Assembly (NCBI RefSeq): GCF_009914755.1 | Contig: NC_060929.1 | Source of the DNA: the human T2T-CHM13v2.0 reference genome, Homo sapiens | Length of the DNA stretch: 64,000 nucleotides | Strand: one strand, 5' to 3' | Shown here: piece after piece, positions 28,237 through 45,025 of the stretch | Position numbering within the stretch: the first letter of the stretch is position 1 | Layout of the letters: each line of letters begins with the position of its first letter | Notes under the pieces: model-generated | Seen by the model: only the letters and a program-made list of their open reading frames with translations | Told to the model about the DNA's origin: nothing | Databases searched by the model: none | Made by a program: the position numbers and the translations under genes

Positions 28237-28559
28237 CTATGATTGTTAGACTCTTCTCTACCCACTCATTATTTTCTCCCGCAGAGTTCAAACACAGTTT
28301 GGTGGCATTTTCCTTGACATTATTCAAGAACCTAAAATTATTTAGAGGAAGGGTAAATAATAGGACAGAACAGGCAGCTTGCCTTTGTATAATTTTATCA
28401 TTCTGGTTTTCTACCCAGAAATTTTTCTTGGAGTTCAAATTTCAGTTAATTAAGAGTAAGCGTTATATTATTGCAATGTGAAGACCACTCACTATGGGGA
28501 TTGTGGAGACCATTTTGTTTGAAAACGTTTTGTAATACATATATTGGGATAAATTTTAA

Positions 28560-28785
28560 GAGGCAATGTAGTGTACATATTAAAGAGCCTGTGGTTTGTA
28601 GCAAGAAAACTGGGGTTTAAAATTCATTTCTATAACTTATATTCTTTGTAGCTTGATCCTGACCAGGGTATTTACCATCTTTAAGATGCAGTATCCTGAT
28701 TTTTAATAAAGGAATAATAATTTATTATCCATCTTGAAGGTTTATGTTAAAGATTGAATAAAATAATTTATGAAAAATGTTTAAA
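28560..28785 (+). mobile_element. MIR SINE
   Basis: GAGGCAATGTAGTGTA...TTAAAGAGC...CTGGGGTTTAAA...AGGAATAATAAT...GTTAAAGATTGAATAAAATAAT. Confidence 0.65.
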
Positions 28786-30005
28786 ATTGTAATATTTTTG
28801 TTTTATTTATAATAATTTTGTATGCAGATAAAGCCTAAAAATAGCAAGTAATTTTATAATGAAAACAAAAATTTATGAGAACAAATATGCATCACATACC
28901 TTTTCTGTGAAAAATGATTTATGCATTTTCTTAAATCAATTATCTGAATTAGTTTTTTTGTTACAAATAAGAAAATCACAAACCAAAGAGGTTAGCCTGT
29001 CTGTAGTGAATTAGATAATAAGATGTGGATTAGAATTAAAAATTTATTTTTGAATAATGCATTATCATTGCATTATTCCTTATATGAACGTCAGTCTATC
29101 TGTTTTGACTCAAGATTAGCATTGCTGGAATTCATTCCAACATATTGAAATAATGCAAACTCTTTTTAACATAACGTTTTCTCAACTGTTTACACATGAA
29201 TGTGTATTTGTGTGCATGCATGTGAAGAGGAGAGAGAGAGAGAAAGAGGGAGAACAAATCTAAATCAGAGCAGGTAGACCAGAGCTAATAGAAATCATGA
29301 AATGTATTGGGCACAGGTAGTGTCAGCAAACATGCTAATCATTTTATGCCTATTATCAAATTTAATATCGCCAACCTAGGTAAACAGTTGAATGGCACAC
29401 AGAAGGACTAGAACATTCTTAGTGGGTGTAGAGATTGACAAAATAATATGAAAAATATTGTATAACAAGGTAGTATAATCTACATAGCATATTTTATGAG
29501 GTGAAAATTGCATCGTTAAAATCTGTTTAAAATGAATACTCTGGAAGTAATAATTCTATAAATAGTGGTAAGGCATACAGAGATGAAGGAAAATATTAAA
29601 AATATTATTATTTTAGTTTTTTGACATGTTACCTTTGAAGTGAAGACATGGTGAGCATATAACAAATATACAGATGATAGTGAAGTTGCAGAGTTGAGAG
29701 GCTGAACAACTGAAAATAGTACCTATATATTTATTTTGAAATATAATGGATGTCCAAGAATGAAATTTAAATACAACCTGTGATATAAAAATGGAACGAT
29801 GCAAAGCCTACACTTTGAATTATTACTCATGATGTGAACCAATGAAATAGTCTGAACTTCCAGAAATATAATAACACTTTGTTCTACGGTATGGGGATCT
29901 CTTTACCGTTTCTATATATTATAAGATTTTCCAAAGTCTGTAAGTTATACTGGAACTTTTCCTGGAGAAATGAAAGGAATAGAGTCAGCATTTTTCTAAG
30001 GCTGC

Positions 30006-30409
30006 TGTATTAACCAGCTTTTGACTTATAACGCTGTGTAACAACGAACTCCTAAATCTCAGTGCCTTACTACAGACAACACTTACTTTTGCCTACAAGT
30101 CTGAGGGCTAGCTGTCACCACTCCACTCTAACCTGAAGGCTAAATTCAAGTGAGCTTCACATATTATTCATTCTTGGAACACAGTTAAGTAAGCAGTAGG
30201 TATAGAACATTATGCTTCTCTTGGGGAAGAGGAATGCAAAGTCATGAATTGAAGCACATTTAAAGCCACTGCTTAGAGGTAGGGTGATCACATATAACCA
30301 TTTTTATTAGCCAAAGCAGGTCACCTGATGAAACCCAACATCAGTGCAACCTATAGGAGTGGAGGTGGACAGAGGGAATATTTGCTGAACAATAATGCCA
30401 TCGACCACA
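30006..30409 (-). mobile_element. Old MaLR LTR (MLT1H/I-like)
   Basis: GCTGTGTAACAAC...CTAAATCTCAGTG...TTAGCCAAAGCAGGTCAC...TATTTGCTGAACAATAAT...ACCACA. Confidence 0.75.
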
Positions 30410-31245
30410 GCCAGATAGAACTGAAGAATTGCCTTGAAAGAAAAGGCAGCTGCAATGTATTGGATATTCAGCTAATATTTCCCAAATTAGCTAAAGACAG
30501 GTAAAAGTAGTTTTACTGCCAGTTTTATGCATAAGATTATGTCTATTCTTCCTCTTGTTCATGTGGTTTTATTATCTTATTATTTTTAAACACTGTAATT
30601 TCAATTACAGACTTATTGTCGTTCATCACTTCCATTTTTGTTATAGTTATTATTTTTCTAAAGTAAGTAATTTATACAGCCCATTTCATTTCTAAAATTT
30701 TCCAAGAATGTATTATCAATATTGAAATAAACATTGCTGAACTTTTAAATAACTTTCACTGGTCAATAGACAGTATTATTGCGGACAAGCTCTGCTTCTT
30801 GGAAGTAGTTCAATAATTGACCACCTAATCTTGATCTGGGTTTGGTGAATACAAATAAAATTACTGTGTAAAATCTTATCAAAGCACACTGATGCTCTCC
30901 CAGGAAATCTACGTTCTTTGCTATAAAATTCTAATTGTGGCAATCTTATCATGAATCAGTCTTTCTGATTATCTTGCATTTATTTGGCTACTTAATTATT
31001 CTTTTGTTATTAGATAAAATTGGACAATATCATGTGTATTCATGTACACGATGAGAACATTTTGAGTAGCAGCTTTAAGTATTTGGGAAAAATATGCTAC
31101 TAGAATCTATGATTAACAGAGTAAATTGGTGAATTTTTAGAAAACAAAAATTTGTTTTTTCTTTTTCACATTTTGTACCTGTCCACATTATATAGCATTT
31201 ATTAACAAATGCAACAGCTGAAAGGAACCTAAAAGATCATTTAGC

Positions 31246-31452
31246 CCGGAGGTCAGTAATATTTTCTCTGAAGAGTAGACAGTAATTATTTAAAGCATAC
31301 ACCATATGATCTCTATTTCAAATACTCAGCTGTGCATTTGTAAACACAGCAATAAATCATATGTAGATGAGAGTGTGTTACAGTAAAACTTTTTTCCACA
31401 AAAATCGATTGTGGCCTCATTTGGCGAATGACCCCTAGTTTGTTGTGCCCTG
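31246..31452. mobile_element. MER58A (hAT-Charlie) inserted in a minus-strand MIR (about 31215-31600)
   Basis: GGAGGTCAGTAA...TACTCAGCTGTGC...TAGTTTTGTTGTGCCCTG; flanks give MIR GGAACCTAAAAGATCAT / CAGATAAAAAAACTGAGAC. Confidence 0.7.
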
Positions 31453-31662
31453 ATCTTGTCTGACATATTTATTTATCAGATAAAAAAACTGAGACTTAAA
31501 AGATTTAAAATTATTATGCCAAAATTATTTATGTAAATTCTACAATTTGGTGAAGAATACAAATCCAATTGATATCAAATATGGGTCTAGAACCCAATAT
31601 TGCTCAGTCCTGTTTGAGAATTCACAAATCTATTATTTCATGAATTCCCAAGGGAATTCATG

Positions 31663-31716
31663 CCTCCCTCCCTCCCTCTCTCTCTCTCTCTTTTTTTTTT
31701 TTTTTTTTTTTTTTTT
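31663..31716. repeat. (CCCT)n(CT)n(T)26 polypyrimidine tract
   Basis: Directly visible. Confidence 0.9.
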
Positions 31717-31746
31717 GGTTAAACATAGATACTATTTGAAATCATG

Positions 31747-32048
<302 letters not shown>

Positions 32049-32469
32049 GAAATCGTGATACATGATAAAACATTTATAACATCTCACTGGTTGAAGTCAA
32101 TTTTTTAAAAATGTAAATATACACTTTGACTAACTTTGGATATGGATTATTTTAATTTGACTGATAAAATGAAGCCTTAAGCTACAAGACAAATTCTTTT
32201 TACACAAGTTTTTTGGAAAGTAATGACTGAGAAAAATACACGGTTTACCAATGATCTTATGAAGTTTTAGAACAGTGCTACTCTTTCAAGATATTTGGTA
32301 TTTACTGAAGGAGTAGCTTCTCATAAGTACATATTTCTGATGACCAATTATCTTTGTTAGCCCATATATTAATTCGTGTATTTATAGTTAACAATATCAA
32401 ACAATATTTTCAAGCAATCTCCTATGTCTCATACTTTTAAATTCATATTGTAGCAAGTTAAAAACATAA

Positions 32470-32814
<345 letters not shown>

Positions 32815-33924
32815 AGGAAAAATTAATTTAAGCATTTATAGTATTTTCTACTTTTCACAGCTACTTTTACTATTCAAGCTTTTAAAATAAATATGCTTAA
32901 ATCTTAAAAACCAAAGCAAAAAGCAAGGCCACAGAAATAAATTTTATTTTTCCATTTGTTTTCTGTTGGAGTATATTTTATAAATTTTTATGTGGAATTT
33001 GGTTAAGAAGATGTGTTTTTCAGTACATCCTATTGAGATATTTACATCCACCTACTATAATTCAATTTTCCCCAATATGTGAAGAAAAACAGATACTGAA
33101 TATAGATCCAGATTTCGAGACTATGAGAACAATTCATACTAACAGTTACTGTTCAAATATATAAAAAAGACACTTGTGGCATGTAAAAAAAGCTACTGTC
33201 ATGGTTCACAGGACTTAATTGAAACCCTGTGCATTGGTTGCTTTCTCAAGATTAAGGTCAATATAGTCATCACTCAAAATAAAATAATTACCAGTAAATT
33301 ATATTTATCAGCATATTTAACTAGTAAATCCAAACAAAGTAAAATCAGGTTAAGGATTTCCAGTGGTGCATTATCAAATTTGCAAAATTTTATAAGCTTT
33401 ACTTTTCTCTTATTTCATAAGAACACTAAATGGATTTACTCTACATATACAATAATTTAAAAATTTGGGTATTTGAAGAATATAATTTTATTATTTTGAA
33501 TGCATTGATTAAAAGGCAAATATTGTATTATGAAAAATAGTTGGAAAACTTTTGAATGCTGAATGTTGCCATTAAGACAACTGATGTTGACTTAAAATGA
33601 GCAAAATCTAAATGTTACATGATTGGAAAGTGTAGATATGTATCACCCTAGTTACAAGATTAAAATGACTCCATATAAAATTCAAGTGCCTTATTGCCAT
33701 ATTAATGCTATTTATTTACTTGATTTTATTTTTTAAGCATTATTTAAAAAATTTTACATCAGGCAAAAATGTGCAACTAGCGAACAATAAGTTAGACAAT
33801 GATAATAATTCATTTTCACTATTTTTGCAGTATTCAGTTAAGAAAGCTAATGTAAATCTATAAAAACTTGCATGAGCCTAAGTCAAGGTTAGTCCAACAG
33901 TTAAGTTTTTAAATTAAAAAAGCT

Positions 33925-35060
33925 CTTTTCTCATATCATACATAAAAATTCATTCTGGTGGATTATAATCCTTCCTGTGAAAAGGAAAACAATATAATAT
34001 TTATGGGATAGCACAATAAAACATCTTCATAACCTTGTAATGGGTAAATACTTTTTAAGCAAGGCATAAAAGCATATCATAAGTTTTACTGCATTAAAAT
34101 TAAGAGTATCTCTTCATTAAAAGTCAATTAAAGATTGTGGAAAGAAAACCTGCATGGAAAACCTATTTGTAACACATATATCAGACAAGCCATTTGTATC
34201 TTTAATAGAAAAATAATTCCTTAAAATTTTTAAGAAACTCAAGAAGAAAAGGAGAGAAATATTTGACCAAGGACTTCAAAATCTTATTGATAGACACAAA
34301 AGTGCCACATGAACAGGCAATGTAATGCAAGATACCAACCCAAATTGGCAAAAATTAAATATTACAAAAATGGACAACGGGAAGTATTGGCAAATGTGTT
34401 GAACAACAAGAATGCCCGTAAGCCACTAATAAAAGTCTGCTTTTGTTTATCAGTTTGGCATTACCTAATAAGATTTGAACACTTTACTAACCAGCACTTC
34501 CACCTCTGAGTATGTGGCAATTCTTTCATATTGTACCTGATATTGTAAACAAATGTTCATGATAGCTTTGTTTGTAACAGCTGACAACTAGAAATAATAA
34601 AATATCCATAAATAGTGCAGATGAGTAAATTATTGTATACTCGCCTAATGGAATACTATATAGATGTGCCAATTAATTAGTTAGAATACAAAGAAAAAAA
34701 ATCACACCTCAAAATTAGAACCAAAATGTAGAACCAAGGAGTCAGACACAAAACATGATCAATATTATTTTATTCATATAAAGTTTAAAAACTGGCAAAA
34801 GTAAATTATAATTTTAGGAGTATATAATTAAATGGAAATACTACAGAGGAAAAGCAAGCAACTGATTGCTATAAAAGGCAACATAGTGACACCTCTGTAG
34901 CAGATACACAAGAGTGGAAAAGACATGAAAGATAGTCCTCTCTTGGCAGTGAGAATATTCTATTTATTGACCTGAGTGTTATTTACACAGGTATTTATAA
35001 TCTCTTTTTAATCCTTTACTTTATTTTTTATAAAAATTTTCTTTATCAGAATACTAAAAA
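33925..35060 (+). mobile_element. Old L1 (L1ME-like) ORF2 end and 3' UTR
   Basis: CATACATAAAAATT...ATCTTCATAACCTTG...AATGTTCATGATAGCTTTGTTTGTAACAGC...ATGGAATACTAT...ATATAAAGTTTAAAAACTGGCAAAA. Confidence 0.8.
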
Positions 35061-36542
35061 GTTTTAAAATATATTGTGTATTGTTTAATAAAAACAACTT
35101 TTCAACTTCAAAATATATTTAACAAAATACAATATTTGGTCTCAGATATGGTATAGCAATATTCCCATTTGTTTTAACAGACTAATACAACACGTTTTAC
35201 ATATAATTTGAATATTATACATTTTATATGCTATATGTCAAACTATATAAACTAATCAAATTTTATTTTTAAAAATAATATTTATAACACTGATGTGGTA
35301 AAACGCAACTTTTATAAAAATGATTATATCTCTAGAGGTTACTTATTAAAAAATTAATCAAATGCCCTGTATAAGCTAAGTATGATTTTAAGTCCTGGGG
35401 TTTACACAGTTAACAAAACACTTTACAGAACTTCTGTCCACATGAAGATAATGTACTGGTGATGGGAAACAAAAATAATAACAGAGTAAGTAAGACATTT
35501 TAGGTAGTAATAAGAGATATGGGAAAAAGTAAGCAGGAAATAGGATAAATGTCCTGGGCATGTTTTATGCAACATCAAATAGAGTATCTAGAAAGCCTAA
35601 AAAGGCAAATCTTGGATCAAGACTTAAGGGAGGTAGGAGAATCAATACTCATATCTGGAGGATGTAGCTTGCTTGACACGTTTGAGAAAGCACAATTAGG
35701 CCAGTGTGTGGCTAGAGGGAGGAAATAGAAGATGTGGTTCCAGAGGCAATGAGGAGGGGGAAGACATCATAGAGGGCTCCATAAGGCTATTATCAGAATG
35801 TAGCTTTTACTTTGACTGACATGGGAAGCCTTTGAAAGTGTTTAAATGAAGATGTGTAATAATAAAACATATTTCAACAGAGCCATTTTGACAAGTGTGC
35901 TCAAAATAGACTTTATGAGCAGAGGGTGGGGAAAAACAAACCAAACAAAAAACGGACCAGTTAAAAGGCCATCAAAATAACCTATGCAAGAGATACCAGT
36001 GTTGTATAGCAGAATGGAAGCAGCGAAGGTATCCAGATGCAGCCTGGCATTCAGTTAAGACGGTCTGAAGGTTAAGAGATTGAAATAATTATTTAGGGTC
36101 GCCAGCCAGGAGACAGAATGCAAGCATCAAATAAGTGAGCAGAGAAGGAACACAGAAAAGTCCAAAGACTGCCACTAGCAAATTCCAAAATTAAGAGGTC
36201 AGGGAGCCAACTGGGAACCAGTAAAAGAGATGGAACACGATCCGGAAAGAACAGGTAAGCATGTTGTCTAGAGAAATTTAAAAAACACTTTCAAAGACTA
36301 AATGATTAACTTAGTTGTGGGATTTTTTGGTTGTTCAAATAAGGTTAAAACCAAGAATGATCTCTAAATCTGGAATGTGGCAGTCATTGGTGATCTTGAT
36401 GGGGGCAGTTTTGTTGGGAAAGGGTGTGAAAATATCATTGTCACAGATTCAAGAGAATGCAAGCAGACTAATTGGAGACAGTAGAAATGGACTATCCTTT
36501 CATTAAGCAAAGTGGTAATGTCAGGGAGAGATTTGGGGATCA

Positions 36543-36894
<352 letters not shown>

Positions 36895-36896
36895 AA

Positions 36897-36984
<88 letters not shown>

Positions 36985-36997
36985 GAAAGAAAGAAAG
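36895..36997 (+). repeat. (GAAA)n tetranucleotide STR from the Alu tail
   Basis: More than 20 near-perfect GAAA units. Confidence 0.98.
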
Positions 36998-37180
36998 AGA
37001 CAGAGGATATCAATGAGGAGAGCTAGGAAAGATTTCTGAGTAGCAAAAGGAGGTGACTTCAAGTGCACATTTAGATATGTATCTACCTAATTATAGTATT
37101 AAAACTACTCCTATACAATTAAGCTTGTTTGATTACCTTGTTAATTCCTACTTCAAGAGACTGCTCTTTGTTTCTTTCCC

Positions 37181-37345
37181 TTTTTCTAATTTTATTTGGG
37201 TTTCAGGGGATACATGTGAAGATTTGTTACATGGCTAAATCGTGCATCCCTGAGACTTGGTATATGAGTGATCCTGTCACCAAGGTAGTGAGCATATTCC
37301 CTGATATGTAGCCTTTTAACCCCCGCCTCCCGCCCACTCTATGTA
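37181..37345 (-). mobile_element. L1PA/PB 3' tip
   Basis: TTCAGGGGATACATGTGAAGATTTGTTACATGG...TGATCCTGTCACCAAGGTAGTGAGCATA. Confidence 0.85.
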
Positions 37346-39360
37346 CTTAGATAAGAAAAATAAAGCTTTTTTTCTTATCTAAGCACAATAGATTCATTTA
37401 AAATAATAAGAGGAAAGTAAAATGTACAGACACAGATGCAGGAATTCTGGTAAATAAGATTAATATAGTGAAAAAGCTTGTATAGGATATTGTCTGCTTA
37501 TTTTTTTTTCAATAATATAGGGAGCAAGATCAAAGCTGAGAATAAGGAGAGTGAAGGAGGTTTGAGGACGGAGGATAAAATACGAGTCAGTGGTTGAGGA
37601 GCGTGGAAGAGTAAAAGGGTTAGGGAAATATAGGACCATGTGGACCGGCATAGAGGCCCTCCTGAGATGAGTGATAAATGAGAAAAGTCAGTATAATGGG
37701 AAGGTCATGGGAGGCTCTGTTCACCTGTGTAGGGCAGACTCCTACTATTAGAGAGTTTGATAAGACAGGCCTGTGGTTCAACAAAAAAGTACAATAAATA
37801 ATAAAAGGTCAAAAAGTTGAGAAAAAAGGGAGATTATAATTGTGATTCATAGAAGTTAAGCTTGGAATGGAGAGAAGAGGATATGAAGTGGTTAGGGCAC
37901 ATAAAGATGTCATAGGATCAATGGATTGTGGGTTCTTCAGGTGTCAAAGATTTAAAAATATAGGCTAAACAGGAAGAATTAAAGAGAGTAGCTAGTCTTT
38001 GCCAGGGCTTATGTTTATTTTGAAGTCACAATTTTTCAATTTAACCAGAGAGAAACAGACAAATAGAATTTTAAAATACAAATAAAAGGATTTTTATATG
38101 AAGAAAATGTTGACAAACAGTAAGAGAAAGACTAGCTAGACAGGAAGATAGATAGATCGACATAAACTAAATAACAGAATTCTACAATCCTCATTATAAT
38201 TTTATTGAATCTTCAAATTTCAAAGAACAATAAGAGCCATATAGTTTGTTTCAGCCCAGCCTCTCTGCCTTGGGTCTGTGAAAGGCCAGACGCCTGCCAA
38301 ATGATGAGGCAGTTGCCAATTGGATTCTGAAGCTGTAGAAATAGAACTGGATTCTGACAAAGGAATTATATTCTCATTTTCACTAAGCCTCTAGGATGCC
38401 CTCTCCACTAAATATTCTATGATAGCAATAGACACAGTAATCTATGAAAGAAGAGACCTGTAGTGGAGGGCATCAGAATGCAGACAGTGAAAGAGATTCA
38501 ACTAGAACACATTTAAGCACTGCATTATTGATGGCTTTTGGCAAGGAAAGTTAAAGTGTGATTGTGCTGCCATTTAAAACTCTCAGTTTCAGATGTAAGG
38601 CAAAAGTGAACAATCCTGGTTTACAAGGAGATTAAACATTCTACGCTTCACTTGAGAAATAAAGGAATTGGATGTTTGATTTTGACAGACGATGAAAAGA
38701 AAAATGTATTTTTTTAAATTAGTAGTTGAGTCGGCTAAGCTTTTCTATTCCTATTTAAAATCCTCATTAAAAGTGATTTGACAGATCTAGGGACAAATTT
38801 GTGATATTAAAATAAATGTTATAATACAGTCTATTTTAGAAAATAACATCTAAGCCAATATTTGGGTTTCTAAACTTGTAAAAAGAGCAAAATCATAAAA
38901 CAAGACATAATTTCTATTTTATTAATGTTAAGATTTCAATTCTTACTTATAACACTAGAACTGTCAGTTCCCCAGGTATGTAGTTTACTGTCAATTGGCA
39001 TCATTGTTGCTGTTGTCAGGAGGACAATTACTGTAATAAAAATTTTTACTGTGATGGTGAATATTTTTCTTTTGAAATAATATGTCATGAGAAGATACTA
39101 TTTCAATTTGCTATCCTCAGCCTTAGGGAGAAATGAAATCTCACATTATAGTATGAAAATGCTTTTCAAGCATTGTCTTTGATATAAACATCCTTGTGTT
39201 TCAGAGTGGAGTCTTCAATCTATTTTGACACAGTGAATTGACTACAAGTGAGAATTTTGACTTCTAACACATTCATTACACTCTTAGGTGGCATTATAAC
39301 TTAGGAAGCTCTAGATTTAGCAGACTTGGCTTCAAATTGGATTTTACCTCATACTACCCA

Positions 39361-39717
39361 TGTGCATAAAATCAGTGCCTGCTCTCAATCCCATCACCTC
39401 TCCCTTCTTCACATAGGAGACTCAATTCCCAGTGTTCTTGCTGTTGAGCAGGGCCAGGTGAGGATGATCTAGGAAGAGAATGCACGTTACTTCCAGGATA
39501 AGACACTTAATTGCTCATCTCCTGTCCATCTCTTTGTCCTTGCTGTCACCATGCTGGAAGAGGTCCAAGGTTAAGATGCATGAGGAGTAGATGGAAAAGA
39601 ATTGTCAAAGTATGCCCCTCAGATTGGCAGAAGATATTGCATAAGTGAAAATTAAAATTGCTCTTAATCCAGCAGGAAATGTGGGCATATTTGTTACCCA
39701 GACCAGTCCACACTATC
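39361..39717 (+). mobile_element. Old MaLR LTR (MLT1J-like) inserted in a MIR (about 39290-39790)
   Basis: TTCCCAG...CTTGCTG...CACGTTACTTCCAGG...CACTTAATTGC...ATTTGTTACC; MIR resumes at TGTGTGACTTGAGGCAATCCTTTAACCTC. Confidence 0.6.
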
Positions 39718-40192
39718 TGTGTGACTTGAGGCAATCCTTTAACCTCCCTCAATATTAGTTTTCCTTTCCATAAATAAAAAAACTATGAAAAACAGATATG
39801 TGAAATGTAAGCAATTTTATTTTATTTTATTTTTCTGTTCATTAAAAGGATTAGATGACCTATGAAAAGACAACTGATGTGGAGTTTATTTATTTGAAGA
39901 CAACTGATGTGGAGCTTAGTCCCTTAAGATTTACCACTTATCCTACCAAAATAACATCAATGGAATTCCATATTAAATATTTAATAGTAAAGTTTTCAAT
40001 TTATTAGTTCCTTTTGGTTTTGAAGATAAATATTTGACCTTAATAAGGAACCTCATGTTCTTATATTAATAAACCAAAGACCAAGTGTCTGTTGGAAAAC
40101 TAAAGTCTCAAAACTTTCTATGCAGATGTAGAAACACTAAAGTAAGTAAGGCCCAGAATTACTAATTTAACATAGATAAAAGTGAAGTGATT

Positions 40193-40793
<601 letters not shown>

Positions 40794-41372
40794 TAAAAGT
40801 GAAGTAATTATGAACTTTAGAAAGGAGGATCATGTCATAGTAAAAATAACAAGCTTTTCATATAAATAATTTCTAAAAGTAAAGGAATACTCAAATATTA
40901 AGCAAGTAAGTAAATAGTAGGTATATTTTCAAAAGCCAAAATGCTATTTTTTTAATACTGTCCTTAAAATTGACAAGTACTTAAAATGTATCACCTTATA
41001 CAAGTAGAACCCTATGTTTTATTTTTATTTTCTTTGGCCTGTTTTTGTTTGAGTCCTGGTTTAAGAAAAGAAACAAACAAAAATTACTTAGTTTTATATC
41101 AATTAAAAAATAAATGTGGAGATGCACATGGTATTTATTTTTACTTTTGAGTGCAAAATATTTTAGTTATTGAGCAAAATGCTAAGTTGTGATAAGCATG
41201 CTGTCCACAAGTCTACAAACTATATTAGACTGCCTTGAAAATTACACAATACTGAACCAAGTTTAATACATAACTAGATTCCTGCATCTAAATTTAATTA
41301 AATACTTATAACAGTTTTGTGTCTGCTTATCAAGCCAGACAGTTAGAAAAATAAAATAATAACTCAACTAGA

Positions 41373-41670
41373 TTTCTTTTTTTTTTTTTTGACGGAATTT
41401 CGCTCTTGGTGCCCAGGCTAGAGTGCAGTGGCGCAATCTTGACTCACTGAAACCTCCGCCTTCTGGGTTCAAGTGATTCTTCTGCCTCAGCCTCCCAAGT
41501 AGTTGGGATTACAAGTGCCTACCACCATGCCTGGTTAATTTTTTGTATTTTTAGTAGAGATGGGGTTTTGTCATGTTGGGCAGGCTGGTCTGGAACTCTT
41601 GACCTCGTGATCCGCCTGCCTCGGCCTCCCAAAGTGCTAGGATTACAGGCGTGAGCCACAGCGCCCGGCC
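41373..41670 (-). mobile_element. Alu SINE (AluS-like)
   Basis: Reverse Alu dimer with polyT, ending GCGCCCGGCC. Confidence 0.97.
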
Positions 41671-42387
41671 ATAGTTTTTTTGTTGTTGTTGTTATGTGAA
41701 ACGTCTAAAATTTATTAAACACCCAATGTTGGTACTTAAAATGCCCGGGATATAAATACACAAGCCTGCCTACGAATTCTCAATGACCTCCTTTTTGTTT
41801 CTTTTTTAAATTTTTCACTGTAGCATTTTTTAAATATTTTCATATAAAGTATAATGTACTTCTTATTATGTGTATTGCTTTAGTTACAAACTCACTTCCA
41901 TGCTCTGGAACATAACCTTGCAACACCAGAGAATTTTGTCCGTTTTTGAGATTTTTCTCCAGTACTGATGCTGCACCTAGCCCCTGCCAAAAGGTAGGCC
42001 CCAATGAATAATGTGTAATGATTGTTCATACAGTTGCTATGTGTCTCACAGGCAAAGTGACTTGTGTCAGGGCTACAAAGAAGCAATTCTGATCTCAGGC
42101 TGTTATAGATGTTACAAATGTTGCCTGGTGTTCTGGGATACAAAGAAACATAGGTAAGGAAGATTCAGTTGCTGCTTAAAGAAGGTTTTGCCTAGTGAAG
42201 ACAGTTAGGAACACCACTTCTCACAGGACTTCTTTCTTAGGAATGAGGTGGGATGTGTTCTCAGAGTAACCACAGAGCACTGGGAATTATAGCAGGATCA
42301 GAGTCTAGTCACGCTAAAGTGGCATGTTTTCTAGAAAAAGTTATTTGTATACCTCAGGTTTTTTTTATATGTAAAATGAGGATTCAA

Positions 42388-42911
<524 letters not shown>

Positions 42912-44050
42912 TCTAAATTACAAATTATCCGTTTCTAGCCTTAGTGTCCTGTGATTTTGACAAATATTCATACATGTAAACGTGGTCATGACTATTCATG
43001 TTGAATTTTATTTAGCTCTGTGTCTACAGAGTCAAAGAATCTGTATATGCACAGCAGCAAGATAGTTTTTTTATTTTTAAATATGAAAGAGAATTTAATA
43101 TTGTAAATGCTTGAATAAATTCTACAAAATAGTCACGTAGAGGGGGAAATGACCCATACTATAAAAATCTGTCTATAACAAAGTCACTGCTGGAAATCGA
43201 GACAAAATTTCCCACCATACAAAATTCATGTTTATGAATATTATTTCCCAGATGGGTCAGTGAAGTTCTTCAAAGACACAAATTCTACTCAGGCATATCA
43301 CTGACACACTCATACATCTCTCTAATATGGAAGAAAGCCATTAGGCTATCTTGGGCAAATTAAGGTTCACTTTCTCCACATGACGTTTCCTTCCTGGAGC
43401 CACACCATGACCTGAAACTGTTACAGGATTACCAGTTCAAAACCTAGATATACAACACTAGAAAGATCTACTAATTTCACAATCTTTGCTTACAAATCAT
43501 CACCATCACCATCAGCAAACAACATCCACACACGCTGAGCTCAAAAACATCAAAATCCAAACATCATTTGAGCTTTCGTGGTAAAATAATAATTATAATA
43601 GTAGAATAATCTATGGTATCTGTCAGTATTTTTCTAAGCGGATTTAGCTCACATTGGACAAACATCCAAAAAAAATTGGTAGTTCAAATTATCTAGAAAA
43701 GTATTCCATGCAATTATAGACTATCTGAAGAATATAGAGATATCCTGGCTACTGTTCATCCCTTATCTCCTCTGGACTCCCCACATGGCATCTTCGTGTG
43801 TAGAAATATTCATATCCATGAGGAAGAACCCTCTGGCCTATATTTGAATTCCGGAGCTGTCCTCTGTGTCTTTATTGACTTTTTTGCTTTCTACCATGGC
43901 GATTTTTGGCTAAGATTGTGCCATTTGCCTTCCCCACGTATGGCATGAGGCTATGTTTGACTTTCATTGCCACCTAAAACTCTGGAGGAATTTGAGAGGA
44001 AAACATGTTGCCTCAGGCCCTCTCAGTCTGCCAGAATAGGACATAATAAC

Positions 44051-44408
44051 TGACTTAGTCCATTCAAGCTGTCATAACGAAATACCTTAGACTGGGTAAT
44101 TTATATACAATAGAATATATTGTTCACAGTTCTGGAGACTGGGAAATTCAAGACAAAGGCACCAGGAGATTTGGTGTCTGCTGAGGGCTCATTCTTCATA
44201 GATGCCTCCATTTGACTGCATCCTCATATAGTGGAAGGGCCCAACAAGTCCCCAGAAACCTCTGTTATAAGGGCACGAATCCCATTCATAACAGCTGTGC
44301 CCTTATGTGGGGATCACCTCCCAAAAGCCTCACCTCTTACTACAACTTCTTTGGGGATTAAGTCTCAACATATACATTTTGGGGGAAAAAAGCATTCAGA
44401 CCATACCA
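44051..44408 (-). mobile_element. MLT1A/MSTD-like solo LTR
   Basis: CTTAGTCCATTC...AGACTGGGTAATTTATA...CACAGTTCTGGAGACTGGGAA...TCACCTCCCAAAAGCC...CATTCAGACCATA. Confidence 0.88.
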
Positions 44409-45025
44409 TCATTATTCCTACTTTATGTAGCAACCTCACTTTGAATATAAGTTTTATAATTTTCATACACCTACTTTGTGTTGTGTAAATATTAACTCCA
44501 TTACATATGACAATTCATTAGCTGATCCTATGAATATCAGTATTACAAATATCAGCCTTTCCTTCAGATGACTGTTCTCTTTGCCTAATTGGGAGAGCAA
44601 CCACTTTGAGGTAAGCCTGTGATTCTACGTGAAAGAAATAATAGGCAGAATCCAGTGGTCTTTCATGTGTATAAGAAACAAGAGAAAAAGAGCAAAATGT
44701 TATTGTTGTAACTCCTTTCTAGCATTCTACATTTCTAGAAGAAGTGAGTCTCTCCTTGGAAAACTAAGGCCAATTTCAGAATCCTAGGCCATTAAGGATC
44801 CTAGGCCTTGGCTCCAAAACAGAAGACCTGTTGCAAGAATAATTTGGATTTAAAAAGAACCTCCACAAGTAATGACAATGCTAAGATTAGCTTGAAACAT
44901 CCAAGGAAGCCAAAGAGTGAATACACTCTGGCTTCGTATCAGTTAGGCTCAGCTAACTCACATTTTTCCTTTGAGGCAGAGAGCGGAGGCCAAAGACCAG
45001 CAAACAACTGGGTTGGAGAGGGGCC

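Noticed and set aside
31691-31716. T26 tract (and A-run at 25745-25761) as further retrocopy tails
   Set aside because: No adjacent polyA signal with a flanking TSD could be identified.
33574-33587. AAGACAACTGATGT shared with the repeat at 39867
   Set aside because: A single 14-mer match within 64 kb of AT-rich DNA is expected by chance.
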